A DNA stretch of 64,000 nucleotides from Zootoca vivipara (Eukaryota): NCBI RefSeq assembly GCF_963506605.1, contig NC_083279.1, forward strand, positions 70,618,001 to 70,682,000, read 5' to 3'. The notes below the pieces were generated by a model. That model did not search any database. It had not been told where the DNA came from and was given only the letters and a program-made list of their open reading frames with translations. The translations under genes and the position numbers were made by a program. Shown one piece after another: positions 13,201 through 31,189 of the stretch. Positions within the stretch are counted from its first letter, which is position 1, and each line of letters begins with the position of its first letter.

Positions 13201-15397
13201 GGATCTTCTTTCTTAACAGATTCAGATGGCAACTTCAGCTGATCCTTTTTATCTAGAACCTGTCTTTTATCCTCATTTCTTGGTAAGTTTTTGTCCTCAC
13301 TATAGTTTGTTTGTTTGAAAGATTCGTGATTCTTGCTTGGTACTTTGAATGGATTTCTTTGATCTCCTTGATTATGGAACAATTCTGAGATTTGCTGAGA
13401 TTGTGGATTCTTTGGCAGTATGGTGGCTTTTGAATCCTATAAAACATACAGGTGGAATGTTAAGTTTACCATATAAATCAGACATCTTGAAAGCTAGAGA
13501 TAAGTGCTCTCTATGCTTCTGCAGAAGAGTTGCACAGAAACTCATACATAGGATAAAAAAATGACATTCAGGGGATCTTTATTTTCATGTATTTTCAAAA
13601 GTTATAATATTTTTTTTTATTTTTTTTTGGAATACACAGATATTGAGTTTAAAATGCTGTCCTGTACAGTTCCCCATTATTCATAACAAATGGTAGGACT
13701 GCTAGTGTTCATTACATCCAAACCCAATATACTTCTTCCAATCTCTGTTCTTTGTACCTGCCATGGGATATTTCCACACCATCTCTTCCCTTCCAGTTTA
13801 GCTTTACTGCAGCGATAGAATAGCCTAGCAAAGGAAACAAAACAAGGAGAATGAAGCTAGCTTTCAATACTAATACCCCATATCCCTGCCATTAGAAATA
13901 TAAAGGGTTCTTCAGAAAATATACTTGTATGTGTCTGTCTCCTGTTGCTGCATCAAAAACTGGAGGTCCACCACATGTTTCTCATGCACCAAGCAGTGAG
14001 AAGGGCAAAGCCTGTGGAAAGGAACAAGGGATATTCACATAAGGAGGAAAATTTAAGGAATCCTAAAACATCTTCAGCACAGGAGAATTTTCTGTTAGAT
14101 TTTGCCCAACCAAGATGACCATCCAATCTAACACTCTAGCCACATGCCAGGGCCACATTCCCACCACCTCAGCAGGCATATACACAATTAGCACCATAGC
14201 AGGTAAATTTGCATCACTTAATGGGGCCACACTCAGTATTAATACAATAAATAAGCCAAGCCATCTACTACAAAGACAAGCAATCCCTTCCAAGGCTACT
14301 CACTTGCCAATGGAAACATTATCACCTGATCCCAAATTCGAAACCTATTCTAATCCCCCAAACACATTACTACAGCACAAATCTATTTTCCAATGACACC
14401 AAACAGCTCTCCTTTAAAAAGTAACTAAATGTAAACCATCTTCCATTGTTTGGTGTGTGTTTTTTTAAAAAAATCCTGTGCAATTAAAAGTGGCAGAAAC
14501 AGAAAGTGATTTAACCTACTTTGTGAGCAGCACAAATTCGCATGGCTGCTGGCCTTGGACGCCACACACATAAAAGCTTCTGCCTTTGTTTGGGCCATCC
14601 CGGATACCAGTCTTCAAAAGGCAGGGATGCCCTGGACAGGAACAAAGTGAAAGATAATTATGAAGAAAATAGAAGCATGATAGGGGCTCTGTGTCATCAG
14701 TCAAAATTTCATCTCACTTCAAGAACCTGTGTGCAACGCTAGCCTATATATGTGTACTCAAAAGACCCACTGAGCAAAACGGGTCTTATGCTCAAGTGTG
14801 TATAGTCAACCCATGCCATAACTATATGAATCCAGTTCTTCCCCGCTCCTGCGTTTTAGCATAGGCCCATCAGTCAGAGTAGGGCAACTGCCAGTTTTGG
14901 ATGGTATGCAAGGTAAACAAGTTGTTAATGTATTATTGTTGCTGCTGTATTTTTACTGCCACGGAGGGAGAGAGAAGCTTATGGCCTTTTTTTTTGCTTT
15001 AAGCCATAACTACTTAACTGGCTATGTACCTCGGCAGTAGCAGCCAAGAGTTTACCCTGCAGAAGTTTCAGGATTCCAACTCCCATCAGTCCCACCAGCC
15101 AGTACGGCTAATGGTTAGAGATGGGAAGTGTAGTCTCACAGCAGCTGAAGGGCCAGAGATTGCTGTTCGGCAATCGATTGGTAACAAGGAATCCATTTGC
15201 AAATTACAAAGAGTCGATGTGGAAAAGTGAAAGCATGCTCAAGCAGCGAGCTCGGCACCTATTGAAAGTAAACAGTTGCACAACATCTCAAAAGGAGCGA
15301 GACGTATACGCGCCTTCAGCACTTGCACAAGGCATCCGAGCGCCCCGCCTGCGCCTCCCGGCTCCTCACCGTGCCCGCTGCACAGCACTTTCTCCAT
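1226..15397 (-). CDS. TTF2: Transcription termination factor 2 (SNF2-family ATPase with N-terminal GRF zinc finger); partial, 3' exons lie left of the window
   Basis: GT-AG exons joined in phase: 15397-15370 (MEKVLCSGH), 14631-14520 ([16 protein letters not shown]), 14011-13925, 13824-13758 ([10 protein letters not shown]), 13436-12501 (large low-complexity exon), 11002-10876, 10254-10075, 9509-9352, 8507-8426 ([22 protein letters not shown]), 7766-7650 (ADDMGLGKT, Walker A), 7470-7320 ([13 protein letters not shown]), 6046-5941 (DIVVTTY), 5542-5352 (ILDEAH...VTGTPIQN), 5011-4858 (LLRRTK), 3533-3442, 2609-2530, 1818-1676 ([10 protein letters not shown]), 1393-1226. Confidence 0.95.
1445..1635 (-). 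mobile_element. MIR-like/tRNA-derived SINE
   Basis: Reverse-strand tRNA-like head (gggatttgaacc...aaccactacac) and MIR-type body (cctcacaacaac...tgtgagg). Related plus-strand copies at ~16025-16240 and ~21268-21480. Confidence 0.6.
3997..4178. mobile_element. Tc1/mariner-type MITE
   Basis: TIRs ctgtatattcc...ggaatatacgg, preceded by TA; internal gtcttatacg repeats. Confidence 0.6.
6305..6560 (+). mobile_element. L2-type LINE 3' fragment
   Basis: ctctggaatgctctccc...gggcggtatataaat tail typical of squamate L2 3' ends. Confidence 0.5.
9685..9940 (-). mobile_element. L2-type LINE 3' fragment
   Basis: Reverse complement of the same tail (atttatataccgccc...gagcattccacag...gagaaggccc). Confidence 0.55.
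11831..11920. mobile_element. 90-bp hAT MITE
   Basis: Perfect 15-bp TIR catagctgccaagtt/aacttggcagctatg; perfect 8-bp TSD gatctgtg (11823-11830 and 11921-11928). Confidence 0.85.
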
Positions 15398-15800
15398 AGC
15401 CGAGCCGCTAAGCCTCCCCGTCGCCTCAACCCGGCAAAACTCAGTGCAAAAGGAGTACAAGGAGGGCGGGGGCGGAGAGGAGGGATCTGAGGCAACGCCC
15501 TCCCGCCCCGTCAATCCCCGAAACTGCCAATCCTGTCGTCCTCATTCGCCGGTGAAGCAATCAAAACGAAAAGTAGGCGGGCCGGAGGGAAATACGGACG
15601 GGGTGTTGAGCCTCAGAGCGCAGAACGGCGTTTCCTCTGCCCGTGCGGCTGCCCAATCACGGAAAGCGGAGGGGAAAGCAGCCAATGGGTTCATAATTTG
15701 GAATTCCCCGGGTGTTGCCTGGTGGGTGATTGGTTTCATGCGCTTTGCAGACACTTAGGGCCATATGATGAACTGCAGTTGGACGAGCTCGCGCTCGCTT
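15290..15800 (-). promoter_or_regulatory. TTF2 CpG-island promoter with several CCAAT (NF-Y) boxes and GC boxes
   Basis: CpG-rich region around exon 1; CCAAT at 15527, 15653 and 15682, ATTGG at 15729; GGGCGG near 15463-15476. Confidence 0.7.
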
Positions 15801-16462
15801 TCCCTACTTTCCCTTAGTCATTTGCACCATCAGATATCCCACCCCCAGTTCCTTTGGAGAACCACTGGTCTAAATTCTGGCTTCTATAAGACGCTCTAAA
15901 ATCCATTTTCCGACTAAAGGGGCCAGAAGTGAGACCCTGTGAACGCAATGGCTCTTACTCCCAGGTATAGCATTGCAACCTTAACTATATCTATAGGCAC
16001 TGCTTAGTATTCTGTTTTGATTAAAGAGCTGTGTGGTGTAATGGTTATGGTGCCAGACTAGGACTAAGGAAGCCTAGGTTCAAACCATTGCTCAGCCATG
16101 TTCAATTGGTGACCTTTGGCCAGTAAATTTCTCAGCCTAACATGCATCACAGGGTTGTGAGGATAAAATGAGAAGGAACCATGTTCATGACCCTTGAGCT
16201 CCTGTAAGGAAAGCTGGGATACGCATGTACGGTAATTAATAATAATAATAATAATCCAGAGACAATATGTGCTGATAGGCTAAAGATTAAATCACCAGTT
16301 AATTGTGTTGTATAAGGCATAAAGGTTCTATAACATACAGGCATTACATAATCCTACTTATAACTTCTAATATTTTGAAACAAAAGCTTTGTAGAAAATT
16401 GTTAAATTTACTGTGTTTTTTTGTGTGCCACCTAATCAGACCTTATTGAAAGAGTTGATACT

Positions 16463-16549
16463 TTGTTGTTGTTTATAGTCATCTAGTCGTGTCCGACTCT
16501 TCGTGACCCCCTGGACCAGAGCACGCCAGGCACTCCTGTCTTCCACTGC
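16463..16549 (-). mobile_element. BovB (RTE) LINE 3' tail fragment
   Basis: (ttg)n tail plus gtcgtgtccgactcttcgtgacccc, the BovB 3' end. Confidence 0.75.
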
Positions 16550-18904
16550 AAATGTCTAATAAATCCCTTATTTTCCTGACAGTTTTCCTTGGGATAGAAA
16601 ATCACTATCTTCATACATTTTTTTTATTTTTCAAAGCATTCATATAGAAAACCATATATCTTTTTTATATCTTTTTAAACAATTGGGGGAGGGAATACAA
16701 AATGAGAATGCATCAACAACAAAATTCTGTATGAGACTATTCTGCTCAGTAAGAGTACCATAAGGAAATAGAGAGACCTTCTGGACCAAAGCAAAGGCCC
16801 ATCCTGTTCTCAGTGTGACCAACCAGATAGATGCCTACAGGAAGCTCGCAAGCAACAACACTCTCCCTGTAGTGAACCCCAGCAACAGGCATGCTACCTC
16901 TGATGTGAGAAATAACATAGGCATCATGGATTAGTAAACATTTATAGTCTTATCCTCCATAAATTTATCTAATCACCATTTCAAAGTTCTTTACAATGAA
17001 AGAGCAAACGCTGACCATAGCTATCTGACTCCTCCATCTATTCCTCCACTACGGAAATAGGGCTGGTTTAATAGGCCCAATTACTACCAATAGGTTTTTT
17101 CTTTGAAATACAGGCAAGAAAAACCGTATCAGTCTCTCAAAAATACTTTTGGCTTCTTGATTTGGGGCACAAGCTTCCATTGCCACTATGTGACTTGGGA
17201 ATTACCTGGGGTCTGAGAGAGCTGGTAGCAGTGTCCTGAAGGCACATCAGATGTGACAATGACATGAAGACATTGCAAGATGCCAGGGCTGGCCCAATAT
17301 ATTCTGCCGTCTGAGGTGAAAGGCAGGATGGTTCCCTGCTCCAGTTCCACCCCAGTTCAAATACAGACTAGACCACCCAATCTCCAGGCAGCTTAGAGGG
17401 CACAGGTTGGTTTGTATGAAGCAGAGTCTCTACAACATCTTTGCTCTCCCTTATCCCAGCATCTGCTGCCTTGCACTGCTTAAAATTAGGGCCAGCTCTG
17501 CAAGATGCCAGTTCTTCAGCAGGTAAACACATTGTGTTCATGCTTCTATTGCAGTATATCTACTTAGAAGTAAAGACTCTTAAATTCAATGAGACTCCCA
17601 GGTGTGTGTGTTTAGGATTGCAGCCTTAGTTGTTAGTCACAGTAGCTTCCACCTAGGATTCATCTAGAGTGGATTCCTTAATATTTGAAATATAATTTTT
17701 TTCCCATTTGCAGTTAAGGAAGGAGAAAAGCAAGTACAGTATAAAAATGCTGCTGTTCTGTAGAAAGGTTGAACACATTTACCAAAGTTGTTAAGAGCTG
17801 CTCAGTATTGCAGAACAGGTGTTATACACAGAATATTAAAACATTTCAAAGCTCTTGGCACAGTTGTAAGTGTTGTAAACATCATTTGGGTAGATGGTTT
17901 GAGAAAATGTCTGTGCAAAATCTTGGAATCCTACCATTAACATATATTCATTTGTTTAACCAAAGATTGGCAAGTGCTTTTTGTCGCAAAGTGATTTATA
18001 TTACTGAGCGGAGTAAGACAAATGGATGAAATTTCAGTCTTAAAAGCGCACCCAGAGGTTTTTCAAGCCTCACCTTATGGCATCCTCCACACACCCTGTA
18101 AAGGAAAGAGAGCATTTCAGGGCAGCATTTTTGCTGTGGTTCTAGGAGGAATACTTAGAAGGGAGAATTCAGCAACTCTTCTATGCACATAAAATCATTG
18201 TTAGCATGTTCACTAGGCTATTTAGCAGGGATGGGGAACCTGCAGCCCTCCAGATGTTGTTGGACTCCAGCACCTATCAGCCCCATCCTGCATGGCTGTG
18301 ATCCCAACCATATTTACTTGGAAGCCGTTCCTACAGATTTAAGCAGAACTTAAGTGGAAATTGAAAGTGGTCTTCAGGAAACCATGCTACAGCAGCACCA
18401 CTAAAAAGAGTCTCAATTCTCCCTTCTAACCTTAAAGAATTAGTAGCTATGGACATACTGTATGTCTGCAGGTTTATTCATGGCACTTGAAAATGTTTCG
18501 ACCACTGTATGATAATTATTTAAGTAATCCCATATGGCACAAGTAGGGAAATAGCACCTGCTATTTCTGTTTGTTATAGATGGGACAAAAGGAAAATTTA
18601 AAGGCAAGGTGCCTCAATAGTACGCACTGTTGAATTCAAAGCTGCCCCTGTGAACCCAGCATTCTGAGCTAACCATTTGCTAATTTTTGTCAAAGCCCGA
18701 TTAGTGTTTCAGCAGACTCAAGATTTCAGCCTTTCTGTGAAACCCAAAAAAGAAGTACTTTGGGGTAGGAGGGAGAGAAGAAAAGTGGGACAGAGGCTTT
18801 CAAGCAGGTGTCTGAAAAGGTTTCAATTTGACTGAGTAGGAGTGGCATTTTGTTGTGGATGACTTGATGAATTCCAGTTTTCAAACACTCAATTTATGCT
18901 AGTT

Positions 18905-19125
18905 ACAGGTAGGTAGCCATGTTGGTCTGACGTAGTCAAAACAAAATGTAAAAAAATTCCTTCCAGTAGCACCTTAGAGACCAACTAAGTTTATCATAGG
19001 TATGAGCTTTCGTGTGCATGCACACTTCTTCAGAAGAAGTATCAGAAGAAGTGTGCATGCACACGAAAGCACATATCTATGACAAACTTAGTTGGTCTCT
19101 AAGGTGCTACTGGAAGGATTTTTTT
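18905..19125. mobile_element. Penelope-like element terminal repeats in inverted arrangement, carrying minimal hammerhead motifs
   Basis: ~80-bp inverted arms (ccttccagtagcaccttagagaccaactaag / cttagttggtctctaaggtgctactggaagg); CTGAAGA-A-GTGTGCATGCACAC-GAAAGCTC core on the minus strand at 19004-19033. Confidence 0.7.
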
Positions 19126-20038
19126 ATTATTTTTTCACTTTATGCTGTTATTTGGTTTCAGATCAAGAAAACCTTGATTCACAGCTTACCTGGAAACACC
19201 ACCAATGGGATGTAAAAACTGGTTCAACTGTTGTGCATTAGTTAAAACCACATACACGGCACTTCTCAAAAGTCATTAAAGTAAGACAAGACATATATTT
19301 CTGCATGTGTCCAACCATAAAACACCTCTGCTTTACAGTGCCATCCTAAAGCTGTCTACTCAGAAGTACTGAATTCAGTGGGGCTCATTTCCAGACAAAT
19401 GGGGTTAGGATTGCAGCCTATTCATCTTTCCAATCTGGTAAGGAACCAATCCTTGATGCCTGAAGGTTTTCCTTTTCAGTTTTCTTGTCTTCCCCAGTGT
19501 GATAATGCCATCTCTTAGCCATTGCTGAACACTAGATATGACAAACTCCACTTGATCTATTAAGGCAACTTTTGTGTTTCTTTGTACTGTTCTCCAGGAG
19601 CATGTGAAGGAAACAGTCACGTTTATGAAGGTGTAGTGGAGGAAAGGACCTATCTCAAATGGATAGCGTCAGTGGGTGGAATTAAAGAGAAAACAAGTAG
19701 GAAGAGGATCCTTTAAGGAATCCCGTATCACTTCAAGAAGCAGAGTTTATCATTCATGTTGTGAGTAGCCTCCCTTGTCTACTTCTAATTTCCTTTTCAT
19801 TTTGACCAGTTTCCTAACTGAGCAGCCAGTCGGGCACAAGGTGGCCTTAACCCTACCCTGAAGGGCAAAACACATATATTTGACATATGCACACAAATTC
19901 TAATACTGTTAAGACAAGACTTCAGGTATTATTTTTTACGATGTCCTTGGACTAAAACGTTGAAGGCCATTTTGCTTTCCTTTCAAAAGGCCCTGTATTG
20001 TCCCTAGTGGTTCCGTCTGTTCCTTGTTGGGAGAAATT

Positions 20039-25439
<5,401 letters not shown>

Positions 25440-25599
25440 TGTCGGAGCGTCCTGTGTTGGAGCAGCCAGGACATGCTGGACACCTGAAAAAGAAGATATA
25501 CTATAGATATATATTCTCTGCCAATGCAGGTGGAGACTTCCTGGCAGATTTTTCACATTCCGTGTCTGTCCTATTCTCTTCAGGAATGCTGCATATATA

Positions 25600-26145
25600 C
25601 CATATTGGCCCAAAGATAAGTCACACTTTTTTTTCTCCCAAGCTGATATTTGCGACCTTTCGATATTGCTGCTGAAACAGCTGCCCACAAAGGCCGTCAG
25701 GGGTGCAGGACAAGGGTGCCTGTCCCAACCGTGGTTCCCAAGCCTTCCCCGAACCACCGGAAAGAAGGGGGAAGGCCACCAGCAAAGCGGTGGGGCTTCC
25801 CCACCAGGAAGCAGCCCAGGAGCACGAGGAAATGGTGCACAGCCCGCATACCGCTCCCAAGTCTCCCCTGAGCTGCTGTAAGGAAGGGGGAAGGCCGCCA
25901 GCAAAGCAGTTACTGTATTCGGCAGCGGACGACCGCATGGGCTTCAGTGGTGTGTGCTTGTTTGGGACAGGTGCTTGTTGACCCCACTTTTGATTCTTCC
26001 CCCACCCTCCCTGGGCAAGCCTCGTGTGTGTTCCTCGTTGTGTGATTGCGCTTCATTGGGCGTCTGCCTTTCGGAATCCCCCTCCCCCTCCAATTTTAAG
26101 GGTGCGGCTTATATTTGAGTGTGGCTTATATTCGGGCCGATGCGG
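25600..26145. mobile_element. Tc1/mariner-type MITE with GC-rich interior
   Basis: TA-flanked imperfect TIR ccatattggcccaaagataag / cttatattcgggccgatgcgg. Confidence 0.65.
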
Positions 26146-26302
26146 TACATAGTGGGGGATGTCTCAATTGGCAGGCACAACTCAGTGTAAACAAACAGCC
26201 ATCTTGCCCTGAGAAGAAGCAGAAACAGCTTGATGAGCTGCCGCCACCCAGCTCCAAGGGGTGTGACTGCCCTCCTGCAATTGAAAAACGTCTTCAATAT
26301 TA

Positions 26303-26617
26303 GCCTCTTCTACTTGCTGATCAGAAGGTCGGCGGTTTGAATCCCTGTGACGTGGTGAGTTACTTGCTCCCAGCTCCTGCCAACCTAGCAGTTCGAAAGC
26401 ACGTCAAAATGCAAGTACAGTAGATAAATAGGAACCGCTAAAGCGGGAAGGTAAACGTTTCCATGTGCTGCTCTGGTTTGCCAGAAGCGGCTTTGTCATG
26501 CTGGCCACATGACCTGGAAGCTATACGCTGGCTCCCTCGGCCAATAATGCGAGATGAGCGCGCAACCCCAGAGTCGGCCACAACTGGACCTAATGGTCAG
26601 GGATCCCTTTACCTTTT
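26303..26617 (+). mobile_element. Sauria SINE
   Basis: gatcagaaggtcggcggtttgaatccc...cctagcagttcgaaagcac...ccctttacctt tail. Confidence 0.85.
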
Positions 26618-27861
26618 TAGTGATCATTATTGCTTTAATAATCTACTGAAAAGTAGGACCTATCATCATTTGGATCCAGAGAAAATTCATTGAGCACACT
26701 TCACATTGAAATTTATGGGACTTCAATTCTAACCGTACTTACCTGGGAGTAAGCTCCATTGAATGCAATGGGACTTACTTCCACATAGACATGTTTAGGA
26801 TTGCACTCTTAGCCTCCAATGTTTTTTCAGTATTTCCTTGACATTTCAAGAATTTCAACAAGCTATAGTAGCAGTAGCAAAGCTGAGGCGGAAATGAGTT
26901 AAGAGTTCATTGTATGAGTCTCACAGTGGCTATTGTGTATCTAATTACTTGGTAAACAGATAATTCTCTATTTCCCTTTACACCAATTAAATCTGTCCTT
27001 TGGGTGATAACAATAATCAAAAACAGGGTTAAGTACATAACATTTATTGCATTCCACATACGCAGAAAGCTAGTGATAGGAATATCTCTCTGTTCCAGCT
27101 TTTAAATGGAAGCAGGAATTTCTGCCCACAATCTCCAGTACCTTTCTCTGTTGAATGAGCAGTAGTGTGCTCAAGAATTCTGAAAGATTTTGCAAGTGTA
27201 GGGCAGTAGCAATTCTTACTCATCAGGAGACTCAAAGGATTTTCATACATTTAGAAAGGACCGGCCAAGCTGTGAAGAGTTTTGCAGCCTCCTCCCTCCA
27301 TTGGTTACCACTGGTACCCTGAGCAAGCTGCCCAAAGGTCCATCAATCAGAGGTATGATTCTAGTCAAATGCAAGCAACTTCTAAGATCTGGTGACATCA
27401 ACTGGGGGAAATTAATCACTTGCTTAATTCTCACATTGAAATCAATGGGAATTAAAATGCTCGACATTAGTTTTGCATGTACACCACAGCACAGTTTTTC
27501 ATGCAGGGACACAAATGCAACTTTTGCCCTTTTGATCTGGCTCTATTAATTAATGTGGAACATGTAATACCACCGTTCAAAAAGGGGCCTACTAATACAG
27601 ATCAGAAATCCTACTCTGTGTATCACTTTTTTTCATCCACAAAAAACCCAGAACAATTGGTTCCCTCTTTCTTGTGGTACAGTCCTGTTTGTGTCCAGAA
27701 ATGTAATACTATAAAATGGGTAGCTACCGTAGTTGATGTGGTGCTCTCCAGGTGTTGTAGCCAATGGTCAGGGATGATGGGAGTTGTAGACCAGAACAGC
27801 TGGAGGGCACCACATTGGCTGCCCTTACTATGAACCATATGGGCAAGACCAATCATGTGAG

Positions 27862-28185
27862 CCTTATCTTCAAATATCTAAAAGGCTGTCACATGGAAGA
27901 TGGAGCAAGCTTGTTTTCTCCTGCTCTGGAGTTCAGGACCTGAACCAATGGATTCAAGTTACAAGAAAAGAGATTCTGACTAAACATCAGGAAGAACTTT
28001 CTGACAGTAAGAGCTGTTCGGCAGTGGAACAGACTCCCATGGGAGGTGGTGAACTCTCCTTCTTTGGAGGTTTTAAAGTAGAGCTTGGATGGCCATGAGC
28101 CATGGATGCTTTAGTTGTGATTCCTGCTTTAAAGGAGGTTGATGCTCCTCAGAGTCCCTCCCAACTCTACCTGTCTATGAGTCTG
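27862..28185 (+). mobile_element. CR1 LINE 3' fragment
   Basis: Degenerate CR1 ORF2 end (ttcaaatatctaaaaggctgtca...aggaagaactttctgacagtaagagctgtt...cagtggaac) and CR1-type 3' UTR. Confidence 0.8.
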
Positions 28186-28399
28186 CCATTCTTTCCCCAA
28201 GTGCACTGCTTCATTCACACATTTGCTGGCTACACGGGGTTCCACCACGAGGCAGCAACTCGCTTCCCAAACAAGTGTGTGTGAGAGAGAGTGAATCAAT
28301 GGAATCCGTCTGTGATCTTAAGCAGGCCTAGAGTCGCATGTACTGTATCAAACGACGGATTCTAGCAACGAAGCTTCCCCATCTCATTCGCTTTTGGGT

Positions 28400-29350
28400 G
28401 TGAGATCTGGGGATCCCTGTCTGCCAAGATCTTGTCACCCGTCGAAAGCAACCCAAACGCAGAGGCGGCCGTCGGTTCCGAGTCCCCCACTCCCTGGATG
28501 CTCCCGACACACCACCCTGAGAAGTGGACGAAGCCCTCCGCTTCTCCCCAGCCGTCTTTGCGCCTTGCATTCCCCCGTCCCCCAGACCCTGGAGCTGCCC
28601 GCACCCAGCCGGGTTTCCCCCCGCCCCCCGTGCAAGCGTCTTTGGAGCCCAGCCCTTTTCCTCTGGAGCTGCCACCCGCGGAGGCGTGGAAGGGGCCGTG
28701 GCGGCGGCGGCGGCAGGGTTCTCCGCGCGCCTCCCTCCCTCGCCCGCCTTGCCAGCCGCCCCATCCCGGCGCAGGGGGAGACAAAGCCGGTTCTGTTCCG
28801 CAGCCGCGGAGACCCCGCCAGTGGAGACAGGCGCCCGCCCGGGGACCGGAGGGCCCCTCGCCGAAGAGGCGGTCAGCCGGGACCTTCGCTCGTACACAAT
28901 GGCCCCTCCATTGCGCGCGCGCTCTCGCTCTTGCGCGCACCTTCCCTTCATCCCGGGCTGGGGCGCGGGTAAGAGAGACCCACTCACCGTCAGACCCGGC
29001 CGATCTCCTCCTGCTCGGCCGTCGAGGGCCAGCGGAGTCAGGTTACCGCGCCCAGGACCCCCCACAGCCGCCGCCGCCGCCAGACTCCCAGAAAATGCGC
29101 CCGACCCCCTTTCCTCCCCGTCCATCCTCCCAGCTACTCTTTCCCATCCCGCCAGTCCCCGTTTCGCTCCTCCCATTCCCCCACCCGCTCCTCCCCTCCT
29201 TTGTCCTTCCCCAGTTTGCTGCCCCTCTTTTCAGATTTCCTCTTGATCTTTCGCGCTCGCGTTACGGCGAGGCAAAAGAAAGCCACGGCTCCGCGCTTGC
29301 CTGCGAGTCAGCGCCGTGGAACGTGAGGAAGGAAACGACGCCGAGGCTCG
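28400..29350 (-). promoter_or_regulatory. GPR161: GPR161 CpG-island promoter and non-coding first exon (donor after 28988)
   Basis: Very CpG/GC-rich; minus-strand donor CTGACG|GTGAGT at 28988/28987; no ATG in the GPR161 frame after an in-frame TAA. Confidence 0.65.
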
Positions 29351-31189
29351 CCCTGGGCAAAAGTGCTGCCTTCTCTTTTAGAGACCAGTCGGTTTCCCTG
29401 AAAATCAGCAGCTGCTGGGAGATGTTCCTAAGCAGTACTCTGGTTCACCGCCAGTATTAAACAGTTTATATTATATAGCTGTTCTCCCCTCCACCCTCAG
29501 GATTCCTGTCTTTCACACTCCATAAACTTTCTCTCTCCCCTTCCATTTTGCTGTGCACCAGACTCAAAACTCAACACAGAGAGAGATAGGAAGAGAAATG
29601 AGTATTTGCGGGAAAGGGATGGAATCCGCAGTATTTTAGGGCAATATCAGAACAGCACACAAAGCTAACTTTGCAAAGAGGGCTTTCGTTCAATGAAACA
29701 AAGCACCTTCAATAAAGTTACAGAATTCAGCAGGTTTTTCCAACAGTTTGCGTCCTAGTCCATCAAACTAAAGCAGAGTTAAGGAACCTGCGGCCCTCTG
29801 CTTAATTTCCTGCAGCCCTTGGAGTCCTTTCAGAATGGTGGCAAAGAGAGGAAAGGAGAAGCCAGTGGAAGAAAAGAAGTTGTTCCACCCAGTTTTGGTT
29901 CCAGGCCTGCCCACCTCTGGAATGCAGCCCTGGAAGATGACTCCTGAGGGAATCAAGTTGCCCACACCTGGGCTAAATTCTTCTGATTGATCCAGAATGA
30001 ATTAAGCTGAGAGCCAGTGTGGAATAGTGGCAACACTGGCTTCCCCCAAAGAATCCTGGGAACTGTAATTTATTCTTCACAATTCCCAGTGCCATTAACA
30101 AACTACAGTTCCCAGGCAGGATACTTTACGGGAAGCCATGGCAGCGGTGTAAATATGCTTTAAATGTCTGGTATGGATGTGTCTGGCTAGGACTAGGAAG
30201 ATCTGGCTGCAAATCTCGGCTCGGGCATGAAGCTCACTGGGCAAAATCTCTTCCTTTACCTATTTTACAATGGCAGCTTCTGAGTACATATGGGTTACTT
30301 TTGTATAGCTGAGTAACAGCAACATGTAAAAATGAGTTTCAGCTATTCTGCAATAAGAACCATATTATTTGTGAGATTAAACATTCTTAAATTGTTTTAA
30401 AAAAGAAAACTTATGATGTACAGTAAATGGAGAAGAGTCCTGTGTTACATTTATAAATATGTATCTGGACTCAGCCAGTCTTTGCTGTAAGAATAGGACT
30501 ACTGCAAACACTCAAGAGCAGCCCTAATTCCATCTCTGAAATGTGGAAGAGTATGATAAACATGCTTTCTAGCCAAAAGAAAAATCCTTTTGCTCACTGG
30601 GTGTTGGAACAGAAAACTCTGTGGGTGGGTGTTTCTTAAATGTAGTTAAACTGCTGCCAAGTGTTAGAAGACTCAGAAAAGTTACATTTCGTGTATGTAA
30701 AGTTTGATTGGTTTTGTTAATAAATGAAGAGTTATGATGAAGTAAGCGTTTCGGTGTCTTTCCTTGCTCTTCTCTACCCAAGTAGCTCTATCCAACTGGC
30801 AGAATTTAAAACACCACTTCATTCCCTATTTAGATTAAACGATTTATTAGAAAGTAAATAGATACTGTTAATTGGGAAAGTATGTGCTTGGCCAGAAAAT
30901 GAAAAGATAACAGATTTTTGATGAATGTTTGACACAGAACTCTTAGGGAACAGAGGGATATAGAATATGAGGGTGGAGTGTCCACTGGAGGATTTTGACA
31001 CAACCTGGGCAGGGCACCTCCAACTGGCCATCCCTTACTTAGCCTGGACAACAGTTCCTGCTCCTTGTTCTAAGGGAAGGGAAGTCCAGTGTGCTGGAGC
31101 GAGAATGGAAGAAGGAAGAGCAGAAGCTGCTGCCTCCCTCCATCCCCAGGGGAATATAAGAAATTGACATATGCCAAGTCATTAAACAC

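Noticed and set aside
25484-25904. Apparent ~140-aa N-terminal extension of GPR161 in ORF 25050..25904
   Set aside because: It reads through the splice acceptor at 25483 into intron and a MITE (25600-26145).
28328-29460. Several overlapping 190-340 aa ORFs on both strands
   Set aside because: Expected stop-codon scarcity in the GC-rich GPR161 CpG island; Pro/Arg/Ala/Gly-rich with no recognisable domain.
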